Shown here piece by piece: positions 57,991 to 64,000 of a stretch of DNA of 64,000 bases (within the stretch, counting starts at the first letter, position 1; each line of letters begins with the position of its first letter). The translations under genes were made by a program, and so were the position numbers. Location: contig JBMOPU010000012.1 in assembly GCA_049322955.1 (NCBI GenBank), positions 617,517 through 681,516 of the forward strand. The letters run 5' to 3'. The stretch is from Patescibacteria group bacterium. Its GTDB lineage: Bacteria > Patescibacteriota > Microgenomatia > UBA10105 > UBA927. The notes below the pieces were generated by a model. It was given only the letters and a program-made list of their open reading frames with translations. It ran no database searches and was not told the DNA's origin.

Positions 57991-58460
57991 GAACTACGAT
58001 AATTCCAGCTCAGATTACGACTGTTGAAGATAAAGTGGCTGGCTCACTCAATATGACTCAGGTATTAATCCTGATGACGCCGATTCTTTGGACTGCTCTC
58101 ATCTACACTCTTTTTGCACCTACTATGAAGCTCGTGCCCTATAAGCTTGGGCTCATTGGCGTCGTGATCGTGATCTGTCTAATTCTCGTTATTCGGATTA
58201 AAGACAAAATAGTAGCTGAGTGGCTTGGAGTGGTACTCAGGTATCAATTCCGCCCTAAGTACTGGCTCTATAACAAAAACGATACTACTAACCGCATTAT
58301 TGATATTCCTGATATCCCAGACATTGCCCTTGTTAAACGAAAATCAACAAAGAAGGTCTCTAGCGATCAAAAGACTGAAATAAATATTTCTGACCTTGTT
58401 CGTCTCGAGCAATTAATCGACTCAGGCAAGGTAGCCGTTCGTTATCAAATGAAGAATTAA
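57987..58460 (+). CDS. VirB3-like small membrane protein
   Basis: Two TM helices; located immediately upstream of VirB4. Confidence 0.45.
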   Translation: MRTTIIPAQITTVEDKVAGSLNMTQVLILMTPILWTALIYTLFAPTMKLVPYKLGLIGVVIVICLILVIRIKDKIVAEWLGVVLRYQFRPKYWLYNKNDTTNRIIDIPDIPDIALVKRKSTKKVSSDQKTEINISDLVRLEQLIDSGKVAVRYQMKN

Positions 58461-58464
58461 AACT

Positions 58465-59082
58465 ATGAATATCTTTAGTAAATCAAAAAAGTCTAGCAGT
58501 CGAGGACAAATCCAGATTAAAGAAGTCGTGGATAATATCCTCGTACTCCCTGGTAACGAATATCGCCAGATTTTAGAAACTTCATCGGTTAACTTTGAGC
58601 TCAAGAGTGAGGAAGAACAGGATGTGATTATCGATAGCTTTCAAAACTTCTTAAATTCGTTACCGTGTGAAATCCAAATATTAGTGAGAGTGAGAGAAGT
58701 GGATATTGATCGCTATGTCGAAGATATTGGTAAAACCAAAGACAAAGAAACCATTCCTGCCTACAAAAAGCAGATTGAAGGTTACTGCTCGTTCGTTAAA
58801 AAACTTGTCTCTGGTAACAAGATTCTTTCCCGCCGTTTCTATATTGTTATTCCTTACAAGCACGCGGAGCGTCATCAAGATATGAAACTCATCAAAGAAC
58901 ATTTAAACCTTGAGAAAGACATTATAATCAAAGGCTTGGAGAGAATGCAAATGAAAGCACGAAGTTTAACTGGCCTTGAAATTCTCAATTTATTTTATGG
59001 TTTCTACAACCCTGAAAATCTGAAAACTCAGGCCATAACGAGGGAAACGGTCGAAGCCTTACTAAAGAACAACTATGTTTAA
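58465..59082 (+). CDS. VirB4-like ATPase, N-terminal domain fragment (split gene, part 1)
   Basis: N-terminal domain pattern of Gram-positive VirB4/TrsE (ILVLPGNEYRQILETSSVNFELKSEEEQ...FQNFLNSL); ends 8 nt after the start of part 2, in another frame. Confidence 0.55.
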   Translation: MNIFSKSKKSSSRGQIQIKEVVDNILVLPGNEYRQILETSSVNFELKSEEEQDVIIDSFQNFLNSLPCEIQILVRVREVDIDRYVEDIGKTKDKETIPAYKKQIEGYCSFVKKLVSGNKILSRRFYIVIPYKHAERHQDMKLIKEHLNLEKDIIIKGLERMQMKARSLTGLEILNLFYGFYNPENLKTQAITRETVEALLKNNYV

Positions 59083-60874
59083 CTTAAAGAAAAGAATCAC
59101 TAACCTCAAACCGATTAAAGCTTGGCAAAAGAAGCGCAAACTCAAAGTCATGACAAATCAGGCGGTCAAAATAGCGTTTGGTACACAGGATCAAGTGGAT
59201 TTAATATCCTACTCAGGCCTCAAAGAGGAATCCTCGTATTTGCAGATTAACGATAGATATGTCCGCACCTTGTTTGTTTCTGGATATCCCTATGTAGCTT
59301 CAACTGGTTGGCTCAACAACCTCATCAACTTCAACCACGATATCGATATCAGCTACCATATCGAGCAAGTTGACCCGCTTACTGCCCTGCCCAAACTAAT
59401 CAGAAAAATAACTGAGCTTGAGTCCACCAAGCGTACCATGCTTAAAGAAGGCAAAGTCATAGGGAGCGAAATTACTGATCCTCTTGAATCCGCCATGGAG
59501 CTTAAAGACAAAATCCAGCGGGGCATGGAAAAACTCTTTCAAATCTCAATCTATATGACGATTAGTGCGGAATCGCTGATTGAGTTAAACAAAGTCACCA
59601 AACTTTTAGAAACAGTCATGCAAACAAGGCTTTTCTACATCAAGTCTGCCACCTTTCAGCAAATCGAGGGGTTACAGTCCATTCTCCCTAGAGCTGAGAA
59701 CAAACTCGCGCAAAAACGTAACCTTGATAGCTCTAGTGCTGCCTTAACATTTCCTTTCGTCTCATCTGAACTCGTACAGGAATCAGGCATCCTCTATGGC
59801 ATTAACAAATCAAATAACTCATTAGTAATTATCGACCGATACTCTCTTAACAATGCCAACTCTATAATTTTTGCACAGTCTGGATCGGGCAAAAGCTATA
59901 CCGCTAAAGTAGAGATCTTGAGACATCTCATGCAGGGCACCAAAGTCATCATTATTGACCCTGAGAGGGAATACAAACAACTGGCTGCAAGTGTGGGCGG
60001 AACATATATCAAACTCTCAGCCACTTCCAAAGAGAAAATTAATCCGTTCCAATTCTCTCAGCACTCAGTTACATCGGAAAATAACTTAGCCGAGCATATT
60101 CAGGATTTAACTGAGCTTATTTCTCTCATGGTGGGGTCACTCACCTCAGAGGAACGTGCGGTAGTGGATCGAGCGCTACTTCTTACCTACAAAGAGGCCA
60201 AGCTAACTCCTCGCAAAAACGCTAAAAAGCAAAAAGAAGTTGAATACCCACTCCTGAAGGATTTCTACAAAAACCTCAAAACCATGAAGCATAGAGATTT
60301 ATGCGACAGACTCGAGCGATTTGTTAAAGGTTCGCTATCAACCGTCTTTGATTCTCAAACTAACATTAAACTAGATAACCGCCTGATAGTCTTTGACATC
60401 AAAGACCTAAATGAATCAATCAGGTCAATCATGATGATGGTGGTGGCCAACTTCGTAAATAATGAAGTAAAACAAAATCCTCAAAAACGAATGCTAGTTA
60501 TTGATGAGGGATGGATTCTCCTCCAAGAGCCAGAAAGCGCCAGATTTATCTCAGGACTTGTCAGACGTGCTAGAAAATATTATCTAGGTGTCACAATTAT
60601 TTCTCAACAAGCCAATGACTTCCTCAATCAAGATTATGGAAAAGCAATCGCGAGCCAGTCTTCACTTAGAGTCCTAATGCGCCAAGACACGACCACCATC
60701 AAAAAAGTGGCTGATGAATTCCATTTATCTGCTTACGAACAACATTATCTGCTGACCTGTGATCGCGGTGAAGCTTTAATTATTGCCGATCAAAATCATG
60801 TGGCAGTCAAAATTGTAGCCTCAGAGCAAGAACACCCATTTCTGACTACTGATCCCCGGGAAGTCTATATCTAG
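59075..60874 (+). CDS. VirB4-like conjugation ATPase (CagE/TrbE/VirB4 family), central + ATPase domains (split gene, part 2)
   Basis: Walker A AQSGSGKSYT, Walker B LVIDEGWIL; N-terminal part of this piece matches the VirB4 middle domain (RTLFVSGYPYVASTGWL). Confidence 0.8.
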   Translation: MFNLKKRITNLKPIKAWQKKRKLKVMTNQAVKIAFGTQDQVDLISYSGLKEESSYLQINDRYVRTLFVSGYPYVASTGWLNNLINFNHDIDISYHIEQVDPLTALPKLIRKITELESTKRTMLKEGKVIGSEITDPLESAMELKDKIQRGMEKLFQISIYMTISAESLIELNKVTKLLETVMQTRLFYIKSATFQQIEGLQSILPRAENKLAQKRNLDSSSAALTFPFVSSELVQESGILYGINKSNNSLVIIDRYSLNNANSIIFAQSGSGKSYTAKVEILRHLMQGTKVIIIDPEREYKQLAASVGGTYIKLSATSKEKINPFQFSQHSVTSENNLAEHIQDLTELISLMVGSLTSEERAVVDRALLLTYKEAKLTPRKNAKKQKEVEYPLLKDFYKNLKTMKHRDLCDRLERFVKGSLSTVFDSQTNIKLDNRLIVFDIKDLNESIRSIMMMVVANFVNNEVKQNPQKRMLVIDEGWILLQEPESARFISGLVRRARKYYLGVTIISQQANDFLNQDYGKAIASQSSLRVLMRQDTTTIKKVADEFHLSAYEQHYLLTCDRGEALIIADQNHVAVKIVASEQEHPFLTTDPREVYI

Positions 60875-60876
60875 CT

Positions 60877-61503
60877 ATGAATCCGAAGCTAGTATTTACA
60901 CTCTGGTCATTTCGCAAAGAACTTAAATTCGCCCTCTTAGCCTTCTTAACGATCCTCATGTTGCCTGTGATTGCGGTTATCCTGCTAACTCAGGTTGGTA
61001 TCAATGTCATCTCTGACAAGCTCATTGATCAAAATTCCACAACTCAGGCCATTCAGATCAAAGATCCAACAACTGGAGAGGTAGTCAAAGAAATTAATCC
61101 GACAGTGGTCTGGCCTACAAAAGGGGTAATTACTCTGGAATTTGCACAATCGAGCATGTACCAAGTATTTCATACAGGAATTGACTTAGCTAGCAAACTG
61201 GATGAGCCGGTAAATCCTGCCATGGACGGCACTGTTATTTATGCAGGTGAAATATTCTGGGGTTACGGCAAGCACGTCATTATTGACCATGGTAATAATG
61301 TGGTGACTATCTATGCCCACCTAAACAAGATTTACGTCTTTAAAGGCCAAAAGGTGACCGTCAGTGACGTGATTGGTGGCCAAGGTCAAACTGGTTGGGC
61401 AACAGGAGTTCATCTTCACTTTCAGGTGAATGTGTATGGGATACCAGTGAATCCGAGAGTGTTCTTAGACAATCCCGCATCAGCCGATTTAACAAAGAAC
61501 TAG
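60877..61503 (+). CDS. membrane-anchored M23 (LytM-type) peptidoglycan endopeptidase, T4SS-associated hydrolase
   Basis: N-terminal TM; HTGIDLA ... DHGNNVVTIYAHL ... HLHFQV zinc-binding motifs. Confidence 0.75.
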   Translation: MNPKLVFTLWSFRKELKFALLAFLTILMLPVIAVILLTQVGINVISDKLIDQNSTTQAIQIKDPTTGEVVKEINPTVVWPTKGVITLEFAQSSMYQVFHTGIDLASKLDEPVNPAMDGTVIYAGEIFWGYGKHVIIDHGNNVVTIYAHLNKIYVFKGQKVTVSDVIGGQGQTGWATGVHLHFQVNVYGIPVNPRVFLDNPASADLTKN

Positions 61504-61590
61504 GGTAATTATGCCTATGAAGTACTATAATGTAGATATAATTAATTTTTGTTGATAGCAAATAAATAGTAGCCGAATAAACATAAAATT

Positions 61591-63423
61591 ATGTGGAGCG
61601 ATAACGAAACAGCCATAGACCTTTTAAACATTGAACATTACGTTTCTACTGTTATTGAACTAGCTACGGACGAAACACTATTGCCAGTAACTATTGGTGT
61701 ATTTGGCGATTGGGGCAATGGGAAGTCTAGTCTACTGCAAATGGTTAAAGAGAAATTAGTTGCAGAAGATAAAGTTGTTTGTCTATATTTTAACGGTTGG
61801 CTATTTGAAGATTATGACGATGCGAAAGCTGCTTTAATGGGAACTATTCTTGATGAAATTGAAAAGTCTCCAAAATTTCTTACTTCAGCAAAGAAAACGC
61901 TAGATAATCTTCGCAAAAAAATAAACTGGCTCGGTCTTATGGGGGTTGCGGGGAAATACGGAATGGGTTTGATGCTTGGTGGACCCGTTGGTGGGATTGG
62001 TGCGATTGCGATGGACGTAGGACAAAAGGTTTTGAAAAAGGTAACTACTGGCGAGGTTGCGGATGCAACTCAAAAAATATTCAATGACAGTATTCCAGAT
62101 TCTACGCAAGTTAGAAAGAATATCCAAGAATTTAAAGAAGAATTTCCTAAGTTGTTAGAAGAGTCAAAAATTGAAAAATTGGTTGTAATAATTGATGATC
62201 TGGATCGATGTTTACCAGATACTATAATCAACACATTGGAAGCAATAAAACTTTTTCTTACATCAAAAAATACATCATTCCTAATCAGTATTGACGAAAG
62301 AGTAATAAAATACGCAATTACTGATAGATACAGCAAATTTGATTCACAGCAAAAGGAGAGCATATCGAGAGATTATCTTGAGAAACTTATTCAAATTCCT
62401 CTAAGAATCCCACTCATGAACAAAAGCGAGATGAAGTCGTATATAAATTTACTATTTGCTTCAAAACATTTGTCGGCAGATGTATTTACAACTCTTCTCG
62501 CATCCGTAAACGAGTCTCGGAAAGGTTCAAATTTTAACGTAGGCATTGACCTGCCTTGGTTCAAGAAAAATTCAGCAAGCGCTTTGGGTAAAGGATTGGA
62601 TGAAGAGTTGATGATTACAGAGCAAATAAATGATCTACTATATGATTTCCTGAAAGGAAACCCGAGGCAAGTAAAGAGATTTATCAACGCTTTGCTTCTA
62701 AGAATCAAGCTTGCTCATCTTCGAGGAGTTACACTCAAGAAACAGGTTTTAGCTAAACTCATGGCGTTGGAGTATATGAAAATAGACTATTTTAAAACTC
62801 TTGCGGACTGGCAAAGCCTTCAAAACGGGCAACCAAAGGAAATTAAGGAATTGGAATCAGTAAATCACGAAAAAGATGAAGACGAATATAAAAAATGGAC
62901 ATCTGATCCATGGGTTAGAAAATGGCTTAACACAGAGCCTAAATTAGGTGATGAAAATTTAGAGTCCTACTTCTATATCTCCAGAGATTCTCTCTCTCAT
63001 TTTTCTACACCATCAATTGAATTAAGTGAGACAGAACAGACAGTATTTGATGAACTTGTTTCAGGATCAGAAGCACATAAAATAAAAGGAAAGGATCTTT
63101 TCAAAAACCTTACTGAACAAGAAGCTTCAAGAATTGTTAGGGTTCTAGTTGAGAGACAGACAAAAATTGATCCTGATTCTGATGATGGTGATTTGGTTGC
63201 ACTAATTTCATCTTTACCAAACCTTAAACGAGAAGTATCAGACGATGTTATTAGCTTTTTGACTATGGCCCCAGAGAAATCAATACCACCAGCCGTGGTA
63301 GCAGAGATAAAAGGATTACAAAAGAGTGCAACAGGTGATCAGAAGGCGAGAATAGATTCTGTGTTGGAGAAATTTAAAAAATCTACAATAAATAAGCAAT
63401 TAGCCAAAGCAGTGGATTTATAA
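61591..63423 (+). CDS. KAP-family P-loop NTPase
   Basis: FGDWGNGKSS Walker A, hydrophobic/TM insertion between Walker A and Walker B (GLMGVAGKYGMGLMLGGPVGGIGAIAM), Walker B LVVIIDDLDRC. Confidence 0.7.
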   Translation: MWSDNETAIDLLNIEHYVSTVIELATDETLLPVTIGVFGDWGNGKSSLLQMVKEKLVAEDKVVCLYFNGWLFEDYDDAKAALMGTILDEIEKSPKFLTSAKKTLDNLRKKINWLGLMGVAGKYGMGLMLGGPVGGIGAIAMDVGQKVLKKVTTGEVADATQKIFNDSIPDSTQVRKNIQEFKEEFPKLLEESKIEKLVVIIDDLDRCLPDTIINTLEAIKLFLTSKNTSFLISIDERVIKYAITDRYSKFDSQQKESISRDYLEKLIQIPLRIPLMNKSEMKSYINLLFASKHLSADVFTTLLASVNESRKGSNFNVGIDLPWFKKNSASALGKGLDEELMITEQINDLLYDFLKGNPRQVKRFINALLLRIKLAHLRGVTLKKQVLAKLMALEYMKIDYFKTLADWQSLQNGQPKEIKELESVNHEKDEDEYKKWTSDPWVRKWLNTEPKLGDENLESYFYISRDSLSHFSTPSIELSETEQTVFDELVSGSEAHKIKGKDLFKNLTEQEASRIVRVLVERQTKIDPDSDDGDLVALISSLPNLKREVSDDVISFLTMAPEKSIPPAVVAEIKGLQKSATGDQKARIDSVLEKFKKSTINKQLAKAVDL

Positions 63424-63425
63424 AT

Positions 63426-64000
63426 ATGGGAACTTCTAAATCATATTCTGGTCCCTCAGGGAAAAACCCCTTAATTCCCGATTGGGCTGAAGATGGTGCA
63501 AGCATTCTTCCCCAAGACAGCTCCACTCAAGATACAACGAATCCAAACGAAGGTTCAGCTGAAGCCAATACGAATCAGACAAATATGCCTCCAACACCTA
63601 ACCCAGCTGCACTAGAGTCTTGGGGAGATGTAAAGGGAAACTTTACTAGGTATGCAGGGAATTCCTCATCTTCAGCAAGCGGTCGTAGTACATTGAGAAG
63701 TTTTGTAAGAGCCCAAGGAGGTGCGAAGAGCGCTTCTAGCAACTCAAGAAGAGGCCGGAGTGTAGTTCAAAATATTGGTGGCGTACTTTCTGGCTTAGCT
63801 CAGCAGGGAACTAAATTTGTCTATGAAGGTTTTAATTTTCAAGAATGCGTTGGTAAAACATCCACAGAATTATTGGCAACATTGGTCGAGCTTGTGGCTC
63901 CCGATAGCGATGACTTAGAAAGTATGATTGCACGAAATGCATCGATTGAAGCTTTTCAAAAATTATTTGAAATATTTGATATTAACGCACAAGGCTTAGA
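63426..64000 (+). CDS. hypothetical protein, N-terminal fragment (runs off the window end)
   Basis: ATG 3 nt after the KAP NTPase stop; open to the window end; Ser/Asn/Thr-rich low-complexity N-terminus. Confidence 0.4.
   Translation, partial: MGTSKSYSGPSGKNPLIPDWAEDGASILPQDSSTQDTTNPNEGSAEANTNQTNMPPTPNPAALESWGDVKGNFTRYAGNSSSSASGRSTLRSFVRAQGGAKSASSNSRRGRSVVQNIGGVLSGLAQQGTKFVYEGFNFQECVGKTSTELLATLVELVAPDSDDLESMIARNASIEAFQKLFEIFDINAQGL

Larger units (their letters stand above)
41433..64000. mobile_element. ICE-like integrative/conjugative island (left end at tRNA-Leu; continues beyond the window)
   Basis: Clear drop in GC from ~41.45 kb onward; serine recombinase abutting a tRNA, T4CP, replication-relaxation-like protein, DUF2958, VirB2/3/4/6-like genes, M23 hydrolase, cargo genes. 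Confidence 0.65.

Overview
64-kb bacterial window in two compositionally distinct parts. (1) ~1-41.4 kb is a GC-richer core region (roughly 50-55% by eye), mostly encoded on the minus strand. It carries a type IV pilus pilM-pilN-pilO fragment, trmD/KH/rpsP/rnc/nusB/rpmF/recG, tyrS, a methyltransferase + Cys/Met PLP enzyme pair, PBP1A, the thrS-infC-rpmI-rplT / pheS-ltaE-pheT block, a sortase/surface-protein locus with a collagen-like GXT-repeat protein, a domain-reduced trigger factor, a GH5-like hydrolase, polyprenyl synthetase, Ogt, an RsmB/F-like MTase and 12 tRNA genes. Several tRNAs lack an encoded CCA; three share a conserved ~40-nt 5'-leader hairpin motif. (2) ~41.4-64 kb is an AT-richer, horizontally acquired-looking island. 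It begins at two tRNA-Leu genes, where a large serine recombinase gene overlaps the tRNA 3' end. It carries a VirD4/TraG-type coupling protein, a replication-relaxation-like protein, DUF2958, and a Gram-positive-type T4SS module: two VirB2-like pilins (one fused to a VirB6-like domain), VirB3-like, a VirB4 split into two ORFs, an M23 hydrolase and a KAP NTPase. Cargo includes MacAB-HlyD efflux + TetR, HxlR-LUD-NmrA-VOC dioxygenase and a small K+ channel. It looks like an integrative conjugative element that continues past the window end. Other oddities: a tRNA/tmRNA-TLD-like element and an orphan terminator in the long leader of the methyltransferase operon, a scrambled tRNA-Pro-like element after tRNA-Pro, a tRNA-Leu 3'-half remnant between the two tRNA-Leu genes, and a recurring ATCCCGC..GCGGGAT terminator hairpin family. 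All functional calls come from motif recognition by eye; no database search was run.
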